A DNA stretch of 64,000 nucleotides from Macrostomum hystrix (Eukaryota > Animalia > Platyhelminthes), in the NCBI GenBank assembly GCA_950097015.1, contig CATNEN010000041.1:1-64000 (forward strand), given 5' to 3'. The notes under the pieces are model-generated. The model ran no database searches and was not told the origin of the DNA. It saw nothing but the letters and a program-made list of their open reading frames with translations. Shown in pieces: positions 9,804-22,765 of this stretch (positions are counted from its first letter, which is position 1; the number at the start of each line of letters is the position of its first letter). The position numbers and the translations under genes are program-made.

Positions 9804-12800
9804 ATGGAAAATGCTACATTGAATGACACTTTAAACGCAACAGCTGGAAATGCCACCTTTACAGCTACTACAGAAGGCTTCTTATTGGCCTATTCTAGTC
9901 TTTTTATTATGGCTATTGTGCCAATAGTAATAGGATCGCTGCAATCCGTGGCTGCTAACAAGTTAAACAAGGTAAACAGTATACTTTTTTTGTATCATAT
10001 AACTCATTTATTTCAGGATCAATGCTGAACTAGCTAACTTATTACATAGTCAGCTTTGCCTTTGATTAAGGATACTATTAAATGTTTCAGTAATAGCTAC
10101 TTTTCATTTAGCCTATTGTTCTACAGGTAGTAAAATACAATTTTGAGTATGACAGTTTTATTTTGTGTAATCTAATCAGAAGCTCTCTAACTGTTACTAT
10201 TATAAATAAACAAGAAATATGCAGGGCATTTTGGCCATAGATGTTTTGGCCAAAAGCTGTTTTGGCCTCAAACCATTTCAGCCACAAACCAGTTCAGCCC
10301 CATACTTATTTAAACTCACAATATTCTTATGGCAAATTTCTAATTTATTTAATAGTTGTTAATTTTATTTGATAGTGACAATGGAAAGCATGAACTTGAC
10401 TTTTACTATGACAAAGAATTTTAAATACATGCTTAAAGTACTTGCACAGTATAAAAGTAATAAAAGAAGAGGTCATGGTACACATAGAATAGTAAAAACA
10501 TGAATATTCTGCACCAATGCAAATAGTTCAATACTGCCAATAAGCACATTTCATGGATCCTAGACACTTCATCATCTTACAACTTCGTCATCTTACAACT
10601 TTGTCATCTTACAACTTCGTCATCCACTTGGAAGGTAGGACACTTCATCATCCAGCCAATTAGCATGCTTTAAAGTTTGGTCAGTTCGTCATCTACTAAT
10701 AACAAATAAGCAATTAAGTTCGTCATCAATAAAGTGAGGGTGGGGTGGTGGGGCAGAGGTGTGAACACACTTCACAGCTTAAAATGCCAAAAAGAGGTGT
10801 CAAAACTGATTTCATTATAAGAGTTGAAAGAAAGGTGCCAACACGATGTGAGGAGGTGGGGAGGGGTGGTTCTGTTCTAACTTTGAAAACTTTTGTTTTA
10901 TAGATGATGAAGTGTCCACAAGTCTTAGTCTCTTCGTCATCCACCCTCTGAGATATTGGACAGATTGTCATCTGGATGACGAAGTTGTAAGATGACGAAG
11001 TGTCCAGGTACCCATTTCACTTGCTATTACAAGTATTGCCAATGAGTTTGGCTGCAGAGTCCAAGAAGGCATTTACTGTTGTGGAATCGGCTGCCGATTT
11101 GGTAGCATAATGTAGCATTATTATGCTCATTTGGCTTTTGGCCAAAGTGGCTATGGCTGAAATGACTGGAATTCAATGTAGGCCTCAATGTGCAAATGTA
11201 CAATATATATTTGACCAACAATCGTTTAGCTTATTTGAGTTTTAACAGCTAAAGTCACAAATATGAGACTAATAATTATCAAGATATTATTTCTTTCTGG
11301 ATGTATATTCATTTAGTTATAAATTGCTATTAAAACACTAATCTAAAATGCCTATGTGAAACAATGAAAGTATAAGTCACAAAATATTTTTCCATTGAAT
11401 TTAAAGTAAGCATAGTTTAAAGTAAAGTAAAGAAGATTCTGCTACTAATTGTTCAACCATTTTTTGTATATAAAAGAATGTACATTTATTTGATGAAATG
11501 CTAATTCTTGAATACATTTGTCAGTTTATGGATTACTCTCTAAACAGGCATTTTGCCTGAGCCATATATGCAAACTTACTAACTATTCAAATAAGAAACT
11601 GCATATTTTAACTATGACTATTACCACAAAAAGCAAAACTGTTACTAAAATACATGGAGTCCAGAGTATATATATTAGCTCCTTTATTCAATCCTTATAT
11701 AATTTTTGGAAAGTTTAGATAGTCTATAGTCTAAACGTTTGTTGTTGGTATAAAAATAGCCAATTATATGTTTGTGAGAAGTACAGCTTACAAAATAAAA
11801 GTTGTGCTTTTATAGTTACCTTTTCTAATTATAATTTTACTCATCTCTAGCCAATAAGAATAAACTAATGTGGATATATAATCTTGGCTTCCTTCTTTAA
11901 TTCATTGACCAGGAAACTGGAGAGGTGGAGACCATGACTTCAAAGGATGCGGCCATGTTTCCCCTGTACGCCAGTGGAGCCCTGTTTGGCATCTACTTAT
12001 TCTTCAAGGTTAGCCAGTTGATAGTCTTGCAATAAAAACATTGATTTACTAGTTTGTCAGTTTTGTCATGAGTCCTGCTATTGGCAATACTTGCAGCTGA
12101 TCTCCAAGGAGTACATCAACATGCTGCTGGCTTTCTACTTTTTCCTACTCGGCGTACTGGCTCTCACCCACGTGCTCAAGTGAGTTTTTTGCTCTGATTA
12201 TCAGTTGCGCACCTGCAATTGGACAGAAATTGTAAACTTATTTGACTCTGTGCTTCCCTCGCCGCTATTCAGGCCCGTGTACCACAAGCTGGTTCCCGCC
12301 AGCCTGCCCAACCGCAGCTTCAACATTCGCATCCTTGAGTTTGTCTCCAAACTGAAACCCAAGCCGAGAAACCGGCCAAGGACAAGGAGAAGGCCAAGGA
12401 GCCGAAGACTGGCAAGAAGGCTGAGCAGAAGTCGACTGAACCTGCTGAACCTGCTCATGCCGCGGGCGACTCCGCTGATAAGGGTGAGTTAGTGGGTCAG
12501 TCAGTTGCCGCTAATCAGTAAGTGGGTCAGTCAGTTGCTGCTAATCAGTAAGTGGGTCAGTCAGTTGCTGCTAATCAGTAAGTGGGTCAGTCAGTTGCTG
12601 CTAATCAGTAAGTGGGTCAGTCAGTTGCCGCTAATCAGTAAGTGGGTCAGTCAGTTGCTGCTAATCAGTAAGTGGGTCAGTCAGTTGCTGCTAATCAGTA
12701 AGTGGGTCAGTCAGTTGCTGCTAATCAGTAAGTGGGTCAGTCAGTTGCCGCTAATCAGTAAGTGGGTCAGTCAGTTGCTGCTAATCAGTAAGTGGGTCAG

Positions 12801-14299
12801 TCAGTTGCTGCTAATCAGTAAGTGGGTCAGTGAGTTGCTGCTAATCAGTTAGTGGGTCAGTGAGTTGCAGCTAATCAGTTAGTGGGTCAGTCAGTTGCTG
12901 CTAATCAGTAAGTGGGTCAGTCAGTTGCTGCTAATCAGTAAGTGGGTCAGTCAGTTGCTGCTAATCAGTAAGTGGGTCAGTGAGTTGCTGCTAATCAGTA
13001 AGTGGGTCAGTCAGTTGCTGCTAATCAGTAAGTGGGTCAGTCAGTTGCTGCTAATCAGTAAGTGGGTCAGTGAGTTGCTGCTAATCAGTTAGTGGGTCAG
13101 TGAGTTGCAGCTAATCAGTTAGTGGGTCAGTGAGTTGCAGCTAATCAGTAAGTGGGTCAGTGAGTTGCTGCTAATCAGTTAGTGGGTCAGTCAGTTGCTG
13201 CTAATCAGTAAGTGGGTCAGTCAGTTGCTGCTAATCAGTAAGTGGGTCAGTCAGTTGCTGCTAATCAGTAAGTGGGTCAGTGAGTTGCTGCTAATCAGTA
13301 AGTGGGTCAGTCAGTTGCTGCTAATCAGTAAGTGGGTCAGTGAGTTGCTGCTAATCAGTAAATGAGTCAGTCAGTTGCTGCTAATCAGTAAGTAGGTCAG
13401 TCAGTTGCTGCTAATCAGTAAGTGAGTCAGTCAGTTGCTGCTAATCAGTTAGAGTGGGTCAGTGAGTTGCAGCTAATCAGTTAGTGGGTCCTTCAGTTGC
13501 TGCTAATCAGTAAGTGGATCAGTGAGTTGCAGCTAATCAGTTAGTGGGTCATTGAGTTGCAGCTAATCAGTTAGTGGGTTTATTAGTGGTTAGCAGCAGT
13601 CAGGTTCAAGCTGAACCCCTTATCCTGGCAATGAGCCGCACCCACCTTTGAAATCCCACAGCCTCTGAGCTGTGGCTGAACCTGGACTTTGACCTGCTGG
13701 ACCTGGCCAACCTGATCGTGTCCGCCTGCGTCGGCCTGTGGTACCTGGCCACCCGTCACTGGCTGGCTAACAATGCATTCGGCCTGGCCTTCGCCATCAA
13801 TGCCATCGAGCTGCTGCACCTCAACAAGGTGGCCACCGGCGCCATCCTGCTCAGCGGCCTGTTCGTGTATGACATCTTCTGGGTGTTCGGCACCAACGTC
13901 ATGGTGACGGTCGCAAAGAGCTTCGAGGCGCCGATCAAGCTGGTGTTCCCCCAGGACCTGCTGGAGAACGGCTTCGCCGCTGACAAGTTCGCCATGCTCG
14001 GCCTTGGCGACATCGTCATTCCCGGCATCTTCATCGCCCTCCTGTTGCGCTACGACTCCGCCCGCGGCCGCTCCACCCGGCCCTACTTCTGGTGCTGCCT
14101 GGCTGCCTACTGCGCCGGCCTCCTGGCCACCATCGTCATCATGCACGTGTTCAAGCACGCCCAGCCCGCCCTGCTGTACCTGGTGCCCTGCTGCCTGGGC
14201 GCTCCAATGCTGCTGGCTCTGGTCCGGGGCGAGCTGGCCTGCCTGCTGCGCTACCAGGACACCGACGGTGCCGAGTTAGCCGCCAGCAAGGATGACTGA
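9804..14299 (+). CDS. HM13: Signal peptide peptidase (presenilin-type aspartyl intramembrane protease)
   Basis: Exons 9804-9971, 11913-12008, 12097-12179, 12273-12483, 13662-14299 with GT-AG borders; motifs FVYDIFWVFGT, GLGDIVIPG, QPALLYL. The total is a multiple of 3 (398 aa) only if one A is added at AAA 12349-12351. Confidence 0.93.
10554..11013. mobile_element. MITE in SPP intron 1 with ~40-bp imperfect TIRs and CTTCGTCATCTTACAA subterminal repeats
   Basis: Left TGGATCCTAGACACTTCATCATC aligns to the reverse complement of the right end GGGTACCTGGACACTTCGTCATC; ATTTCA at 10548-10553 and 11014-11019 is a candidate 6-bp TSD. Confidence 0.6.
12491..13578. repeat. 30-bp minisatellite (AGTGGGTCAGTCAGTTGCTGCTAATCAGTA) filling SPP intron 4, ~36 units
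   Basis: Direct tandem repetition starting a few bases after the donor at 12484. Confidence 0.95.
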
Positions 14300-15992
14300 G
14301 AGCTTCAAGCTGGGACAGTCTTGAGGCATAGCATTAGCGACATGAATTTATTTCTCCAGCATCATTAATCAATTCTAACCAATGCGAGTGTCCGGTTTTA
14401 AACTTAATCCTTAATTTACCATAGACATATTATTTGTCTGTGTTCTAGACCTCCTTTTAGGATTAACTGAATACTGGAACACCAACTATTACTGCGTCGA
14501 TCCTAGTTCTGTTGTACTGTGCGGTTTTGTGTTTGCAATGGCGGTTAAAATAATTCGCACTATTTTAAGCCTCGGTTCGCCTGGCCTGCGTCTGCTGTGC
14601 ACTACTCAAACTCATTAGTAGTATGGGGTGATTTTGCGGCATTTTGTCTTAAAAATTAAATAAATTTTAGTTTTAATTGTAGCTTTGGCTTTTCACACCG
14701 AGCAGATTCCTTCGGCTAAAACCAACTAGCATTCAACACCGAGGCTTAAAATACTTGTCATTATAATAGCCCCGTACTTGTTTATCTGCAGTTTTTTGCA
14801 GTTAAAGTCAAAATTTATTTACTGTTTTGTTTGGTAAAAATTATCTAGTGCAAAAAATATATTTCATTCGAGTCTGTTTGAGAGTTTCATTTTAAAGCGC
14901 TTAGTTGATATAAGTTCTTTTATCTTGTTGTGAAGAAAAATTGTTATTTTGTCGTTTGTCATGCATATTGTTTTGGTTTCTGGTGACTTTTTGTTAGGCT
15001 AAATACTTTTTTGCTTTTCTTTTTGGTGCATCTCTCGACTGCTTCAGCGACAGACAATTAGTTGGCTAGCCCCTCAATTAGCAACCACCCCATTCCATCC
15101 CTACCCCTCACCGCCCACATCCTATTCCAACCCTACCCCTCACTGCCCACCACCCCATTTGACCCTCTACCCCTCACTGCCCACCACCCCATTTGACCCT
15201 CTACCCCTCACTGCCCACCACCCCATTCCCTCCCATAACCCCTCACCGTCTACCACCCCAATCCACCCTTCACCCCTTCGAACCGAAGACCCCATTCCAC
15301 CATCTACCCCTTCCGCCCACTATCATTTTCAATCTTTTTTCTACAGCAATTCAGAGCTCCTAGTTTATACTCGTATGTTTATTTATTCTTGGCTGGGCCA
15401 CCTGAGCTAACCTGAGCTGAGCACGCCAATGCTCTGCTGCTTTTGCCTGTTCTCCAGCGTCCGTGTCGCGCCAGAGCTCCTAGAATTTCCGTAAATTTCC
15501 CCGTTTATCTCTTTATATTTTATCTCTTGAAGAATTTTGGTGTCGCTTTTTCGTAAAACTGTTGTTTGCTTCTGTTTTCTTGTGCATCATACTCAAAATT
15601 TATGTTTTGTGAGTATTTCTTATCACTATATGCTAACCGTCTCTGTGTACTATTTTAAGACAGAATTAAACAAAGGAACCTATAACAATATCTATTATTA
15701 TTCTATCGGCACATTTATGTTGTTTGAGTAAAAATATGGTTAAAAGTTAAGTTCTTGCTACGAATTTCTCGTAAGATCTTAATACTGCTGGGCTTCGGCT
15801 CTTAGCGTATCGATCTAATTAGGCAAGAATGCCACCTGTTTGTTGATTTCGGTAGCAGACACAGCTGCCACCAACAACCAATGCAGTGGAGCAACTGGCT
15901 GACAAAAATTTGCCTAGAAATTATTGCAGTCCGTAGTAATTCATTCTTACAAAATTGAAGTAAAATACGAGTATATTAAACACAGCTGCACC

Positions 15993-16448
15993 TTTGGGCG
16001 ACACCTGTTAGATAGGGCGACACCTGTTAGATAGGGCGACACCTGTTAGATAGGGCGACACCTGTTAGACTGGGCGACACCTGTTAGATAGGGCGACACC
16101 TGTTAGATAGGGCGAAACTTGTTCAATAGGGCGACACCTGTTAGACTGGGCTACAGCTATTAGATATGGCGACACCTGTTAGATATAGCGACACCTGTCA
16201 GATATGGCGACACCTGTTACATTGGGCGACACCTATCAGATTGGGCGACTCCTGTATGATATGGGGATGCCTGATAGATAAGGGGACAACTGTTAGACAC
16301 AGTGACACTTGTTAGTCAAATGACACCTGTTATACACAGTGACACCTGTTAGACACATGACACCTGTTAGACACATGACACCTGTTATACACATGACACC
16401 TGTTATACACAGTGACACCTGTTAGACACATGACACCTGTTAGACACA
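15993..16448. repeat. ~19-bp degenerate minisatellite (GGGCGACACCTGTTAGATA)
   Basis: Tandem units that drift to TGACACCTGTTAGACACA toward the 3' end. Confidence 0.9.
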
Positions 16449-17544
16449 TCCAACGGTCCAACGCGTTTGCCTCTCGCACTAAGGTCCCTAAGCTCGATTC
16501 CGCGGCGAGGCCACATTCAGTTGGTCAATCCTACATTCGATTGCAGGCGATTTAGCACAGTCTGAGCCTCAGAAGTCTGTCCAACTTGATCGCAAAAAAA
16601 ACCAACTAGAACGCAAAAAGGTATATATATATAAAAGGGTATATAAAAAGGTATATTATAGGGGGACACCTGATAGACAAAGCGACGCCTGTTAGACATG
16701 TTGGGCAAGTCAGTTTCCACCGCCTGGCATTAAATAACCCTTAATTAATATTTTGCTGAGAATGCAATAGCTGCTCCAGCAGGAGACCTCATTAGCTGCA
16801 CTTTGTGATATAGGAAAGAGAACCGCCAGCCAATTAAGATTCTAACTAATTCAGCTTCCGGTTTCGCCGTAAGATGTGCTCAAATCGGGTCGCCCCGCTG
16901 CTCAGCACCTGGGTCTCAGGCAGGCAGTCAAACTGTTAGAGGTCGCTCACCCAAAGCAGCTGCACTTGAAAAAGGCTCAGAGGAGGCCGGCTAGAGCGGC
17001 CGCTTCCATGTCCGAGGATGCAGCCTCACAATTTGGCGTCTGAGTCTAACTGCTGGCGTGCTCTAAGGCGCAACTGGCAATCTAATTTGATATCCGCCTC
17101 AGGGCTGGCTCTGCTCTCGGGTCTTGACAGCTAAAAGGAGTGTATTTCAACTGCCCACATTTTTTTCGTTACTTATCACCAAAAATATTTTACCAATCGC
17201 CATGAATCGAGACAGAGCTGAAGGCCTTGAAACATCACTTCAATTTCAGTGGATGGCCCTGAGTGAGCCAATGCCCTAACCTAGTCCAAGGACAAACAAC
17301 GAGACTCAGACAAGTCCCAAACCCAATCGTTTGCGGGTTCTCTTTGTGGGAGATTTGTCCTTAATCCTGGGGATCTGATTTCTCAACAGTTTGCGCAACC
17401 TCAATTGGCTTCCACCATGAAAAATATGGAATTCTAATAGCTTTGAGATCTGACACCTTCCTGCATTCAGAGGCTTGGCATTTGGCTTCATATCCCTGCC
17501 ACTGCATTCAAGGATTATCGGTTACTTGACACCGCCACACCCTC

Positions 17545-18107
17545 ACCCATTCCGCATTCTGCCTGACACCCTAACCCATTCCGCATTCCTCCCTGACACC
17601 CTAACCCATTCCGCATTCCTCCCTGACACCCTAACCCATTCCGCATTCCTCCCTGACACCCTAACGCATTCCGCATTCCTCTCTGACACCCTAACCCATT
17701 CCGCATTCCTCTCTGACACCCTAACCCATTCCACATTCCTCCCTGACACCCTCACCCATTCCGCATTCTGCCTGACACCCTAACCCATTCCGCATTCCTC
17801 CCTGACACCCTCACCCATTCCGCATTCTGCCTGACACCCTAACCCATTCCGCATTCCTCTCTGACACCCTAACCCATTCCACATTCCTCCCTGACACCCT
17901 CACCCATTCCGCATTCTGCCTGACACCCTAACCCATTCCGCACTCCCCCCTGACACCCTCACCCATTCCGCATTCTGCCTGACACCCTAACCCATTCCGC
18001 ATTCCTCTCTGACACCCTAACCCATTCCGCATTCCTCCCTGACACCCTCAACCATTCCGCATTCCTCTCTGACACCGTCAACCATTCCGCATTCCTCCCT
18101 GACACCC
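17545..18107. repeat. 30-bp minisatellite (CCCATTCCGCATTCCTCCCTGACACCCTAA)
   Basis: Direct tandem repetition. Confidence 0.93.
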
Positions 18108-18358
18108 ACACATGTTCCTATTTAAAGTTTAAACAAAACCAAAAAGTTTAAGTTTGTCATGAAAGAAGAAAGCCTGCCCTCAAAATGCATTGTTATTCTA
18201 GATTTAGTCGCACACAGCTTCTGATTTTTTTTCTTGGAAAATTTGCAGTACGCAAGACTCAAAGTACAGAGAAAAAGGTAGGGCGCATGATTCACTGTGC
18301 GAGCTGAATCCATGTCAATCATCTGTTGGTCATTGTGAGCGGCTTGCCCGCCGGCTGC

Positions 18359-19758
18359 TCAGTTGGTGGCGATGGCCGCTATCGGCGAGGAGGGCGTCAC
18401 CACGCCCTCTCGCCGCGCGCACTTTTGCAGCCGCAGCCGCAGCAGCTGCCCGCGAAACTCCGGGCTCAGCGTCAGCTGCAGCAAAGGCTTAACGGAGCAG
18501 CCGAACAGAGCAGTCCACAAAAGTACATTGTGCTCAGCGTGGGTGGCCAGCCGCAGCAGGCGGCCGAACATCGCGTAGCAGGAGTAGGGCAGCCACAGCA
18601 GATTGAAGATGAGGTAGTTCAGCATCACGACTGCCAGCGAGTGGGTCAGGCGGCGCTGCTCGCCTGCCTGACGATCGGAGCTCTGTAGGTCGCGAACTCG
18701 ACGCCGCGAGGCCAGGACGTGGGTGAGAATGCGGCAGTAGCAGAAGCCAGCAACAATGGACGGCAGTGTCACCATCGCCAGCATTACCAGCGCGGTGGTG
18801 GCCGGGTCCGTGTCCGTGTCGCTGAAGAAGCACAGGAAGCTGTCTGGCAGATACTGGAAGGCGTGCCTGGCGAAAACCCCGCCGCTCAGAGCCAGCCAGC
18901 TCATCCAGTTGACCGCCAGGCGGATGATCACGTGACGTGGGCCCTCTAGGCACCTTGTTGGGAAGAGTTGGATGTTGGAAGCGGCTCTAAAAAGCGGCGA
19001 CAAACCCACCACCCCAAAGGGTGCCCTCCAAACCCACCACCCCAAAGGGTGCCCTCCAAACCCACCACCCCAAACTGTGCCCTCCAAACCCACCACCCCA
19101 AACTGTGCCGTCCAAACCCACCACCCCAAACTGTGCAATCCAAACCCACCACCCCAAACTGTGCAATCCAAACCCACCACCCCAAACTGTGCCCTCCAAA
19201 CCCACCACCCCAAACTGTGCCCTCCAAACCCACCACCCCAAACTGTGCCGTCCAAACCCACCACCCCAAACTGTGCAATCCAAACCCACCACCCCAAACT
19301 GTGCAATCCAAACCCACCACCCCAAACTTTGAAACCCAAGCGGTCGCCAACCTGCGATAAGCAGCCGGATGCATTAGGAACACGAATCTGTTGACGCCAA
19401 TGAGTGCAAAGCTGGAATTGGCTACACCCGTGCAGATGAACAGGGCGCAGCCACTGAGCAGGCAGACTGTGTCCCCGACAAGCTGGGCTCCGGCCTCCCG
19501 CTGGGCGAATGTCACCGGCAGGATGATTCCACAGACAAGCAGGTCGCAGACGGCTATGTTGGCAACACAGGCGTTAATGCCGTTCTGCAGGCGGCGGTGG
19601 CAGGCGAGCAGCGCCAAGACGAGCCCGTTGCCAGCCAGGCCCAGCCAGCAGGCGAAGAGCAGGAAGCCCAGGCCCGCGGCGCGCCAGGCGGGCGAGTTCA
19701 GCAGGTTGAGGTTGTCGTCAGCGAGGCCGGCGGTGCCGTTCTCACCTGCCGATCCCAT
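18359..19758 (-). CDS. Class A GPCR, melatonin-receptor/Tre1-like (NRF at the DRY position), two exons
   Basis: TM1 GLAGN, TM2 NIAVCDL, TM3 GVNRFVFLMHP, TM6 LWLPY. Proposed exons 19352-19758 and 18359-18953 (AG|GTTGGC donor, CCCAACAAG acceptor) sum to 334 codons. The exact splice sites are inferred. Confidence 0.8.
18998..19327. repeat. 28-bp G/C-skewed minisatellite (AAACCCACCACCCCAAACTGTGCCCTCC) in the GPCR intron
   Basis: Direct tandem repetition. Confidence 0.93.
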
Positions 19759-19837
19759 GCCGATCTGAGCGTTCAAAATGATGAGCTATTTTGGGTGACA
19801 AAGAGTCGCTTGGTGTGAGCAGGGATTCAAATTATGT

Positions 19838-20180
19838 GGAGTGACAAGGATCACATGACAAGGATCATATGGAGTGACAAGGATCATATGGAGTGACAAG
19901 GATCATATGGAGTGACAAGGATCATATGGAGTGACGAGGATCACATGACAAGGATCATATGGAGTGACAAGGATCACATGACAAGGATCATATGGAGTGA
20001 CAAGGATCATATGGAGTTACAAGGATCATATGGAGTGACAAGGATCATATGGAGTGACGAGGATCACATGACAAGGATCACATTACAAGGATCACAAGAC
20101 AAGGATCACATGACAAGGATCACATGACAAGGATCACATGACAAGGATCATATGGAGTGACAAGGATTATATAGTGTGAC
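19838..20180. repeat. 19-bp minisatellite (GAGTGACAAGGATCATATG) with shorter sub-units
   Basis: Direct tandem repetition. Confidence 0.9.
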
Positions 20181-20837
20181 AAGGACCACATGAAGTGACA
20201 ATGGTCATATAGAGACATGGACTTACTCGAGTGATCAGTGAATGCTTTGAGCTGATTCCGGAGTACTTCAGAGAGTGACAAGAACTAGTTGACAGCCTCA
20301 AATTGATATCGAACAACGGCGAGAAACTTGAATAGATGCTTGACGCCTGTCCGCGCTGTCGTTCGATTCTACCTGCTTCTCAGCGGTGTACAGATTTGAA
20401 GAAGACATGCAGACTTTCAACCAACTGTCTTCGACCTTTGGCGAGCTTCAATAGTCGGCCCTGACTGGCTGGAGCCCCGCTGCATCCTCTCCCTATCAGA
20501 GTACCGGTCAGAAGAATTTTCAAGCACAACTGGCTTCCTCAGTGTGAGGTGGCAGCGAGCAGCTGCTCCAGCCCTAGCCAATAATGTGAATTAGTCGGCG
20601 CTTTTTATAACCTGACTGCTGTCGAAATTCTTCTTGTGGTGCATTTTTCTGATAAGAAGAAACGGAATTTCCAGAATCTTTAAACAGTGTTAGAAAAACA
20701 GAAATTGCTTGACATGTTTAGCTAGGCTTCTATTCCAGTTCAATAATTCCATTATTCTATTATTCATTCAGATCAGCCTACTAGACAATAGTTAACGCTT
20801 TAGGAGCTTTGTCTCAAAGCTCTGCCTGAAAAATTCT

Positions 20838-21385
20838 GCCCCTCACAAGCCCACCACCTCAAACCTGCCCCTCACAAGCCCTCCACCTCAAACCTGCCCC
20901 TCACAAGCCCTCCACCTCAAACCTGCCCCTCACAAGCCCACCACATCAAACCGGCCCCTCACAAGCCCTCCACCTCAAACCTGCCCCTCACAAGCCCGCC
21001 ACCTCAAACCTGCCCCTCACAAGCCCACCACCTCAAACCTGCCCCTCACAAGCCCACCACCTCAAACCTGCCCCTCACAAGCCCACCACATCAAACCGGC
21101 CCCTCACAAGCCCTCCACCTCAAACCTGCCCCTCACAAGCCCACCACATCAAACCGGCCCCTCACAAGCCCTCCACCTCAAACCTGCCCCTCACAAGCCC
21201 GCCACCTCAAACCTGCCCTCACAAGCCCACCACCTCAAACCTGCCCTCACAAGCCCTCCACCTCAAACCTGCCCCTCACAAGCCCACCACCTCAAACCTG
21301 CCCTCACAAGCCCACCACCTCAAACCTGCCCTCACAAGCCCACCACCTCAAACCTGCCCCTCACAAGCCTCAAACCTCAAACCTG
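20838..21385. repeat. 29-bp minisatellite (CCACCACCTCAAACCTGCCCCTCACAAGC)
   Basis: Direct tandem repetition. Confidence 0.93.
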
Positions 21386-22187
21386 TCGTAACATACCCGC
21401 CACTTCAAATTCTGCCAGCCTGCGATATCGACCATGCAGCGGATTATAGCAGACTAAAGCTTCGACAGGCGGGATCCCAAAACGGATCAGATCCCGTATG
21501 GGAATTTTCACGCTCGGGCTGTGAAATTTCGAATAATAAATCGCAGAATTAAATTGGAATTCTTGAAAAGCCCCCTACCTTTACTCTCACTAATCCAAAC
21601 ATGAAGAATAATTTACGAGCGGAGAGGCTCTGTCTTCGTTCTGAGAAATCAGTCAGTTACAATTTCCTCTGCGCAGTCTTCTTTAGCAGAAGTACGAGTA
21701 TAATACGTTAAATTCAATTCGTTTGTGCCGGAACTGTCAAGAATTTAAATCGCATTTGCGTGTGAGTCTTCTCAATCAAGCCAGGCTCTCCTCTTTCTTC
21801 TTCTCTCAAGCAGGGCTGACCCGATGACAGATCTGACTGTGATCACTGATGTTCTCCAATATGGCTGGACAGTTAATTATAATGTCCAAATGGACAGAAT
21901 CGCATTGTTGACCATTCAACAGACTGCTGATGAACTTGTCCAGGACACTTCAAGCTTTGCATACAACACCTGCAGTATATTATTAGCACTTATCTATAGC
22001 CCTTCATTTTTAAGAAGTCGCAATCCAGCAAAAAACTGTAATTACCAGAGAAATAGCGAACTCAGCCAAGCACCTCAAACAAATACCTGGCACTTAATTT
22101 TCACTCGGCCATTGTGCAAGGCCTGCCAGGGCGCATTTAAGAACTACTAACTGCTTTTGAAATCCTTGTTTGCGATTTCTCAGCAGT

Positions 22188-22765
22188 GGATGGAACCCAA
22201 TCTCTCAGATGGAACCCAGTCTCAGGATGGAACCCAGTCTCAGGATGGAACCCAGTCTCAGGATGGAACCCAGTCTCAGGATGGAACCCAGTCTCAGGAT
22301 GGAACCCAGTCTCAGGATTAAACCCAATCTCTCAGATGGAACCCAGTCTCAGGATGGAACCCAGCCTCAGGATTAAACCCAATCTCTCAGATGGAACCCA
22401 GCCTCAGGATTAAACCCAATCTCTCAGATGGAACCCAGTCTCAGGATTGAACCCAGCCTCAGGATGGAACCCAGTCTCAGGATGGAACCCAGTCTCAGGA
22501 TGGAACCCAGTCTCAGGATGGAACCCAGTCTCAGGATGGAACCCAGTCTCAGGATGGAACCCAGTCTCAGGATGGAACCCAGTCTCAGGATGGAACCCAG
22601 TCTCAGGATGGAACCCAGTCTCAGGATGGAACCCAGTCTCAGGATGGAACCCAGTCTCAGGATGGAACCCAGTCTCAGGATTGAACCCAGTCTCAGGATG
22701 GAACCCAGTCTCAGGATGGAACCCAGTCTCAGGATGGAACCCAGTCTCAGGATGGAACCCAGTCA
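22188..22765. repeat. 18-bp minisatellite (GATGGAACCCAGTCTCAG), ~32 units
   Basis: Direct tandem repetition; explains the MEPSLR, GWNPVS and GFHPET ORFs. Confidence 0.95.

Noticed and set aside
10225-11190. Possible outer MITE with TTTTGGCC repeats enclosing the inner MITE
   Set aside because: Only short inverted matches (CATTTCAGCC/GGCTGAAATG); no defined ends or TSD.
12491-13578. Regular 28-37-bp arrays resembling CRISPR repeats
   Set aside because: Units are head-to-tail with no unique spacers, there are no cas genes, and the context is eukaryotic.
13583-14158. Antisense ORFs over GC-rich genes (also 42473-43216, 51622-52437 and many over the GPCRs and SID-1)
   Set aside because: Expected shadow ORFs of high-GC3 coding sequence.
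17545-18107. Telomere-like CCCTAACCC in each unit
   Set aside because: A single hexamer within a 30-bp unit; not a telomeric tract.
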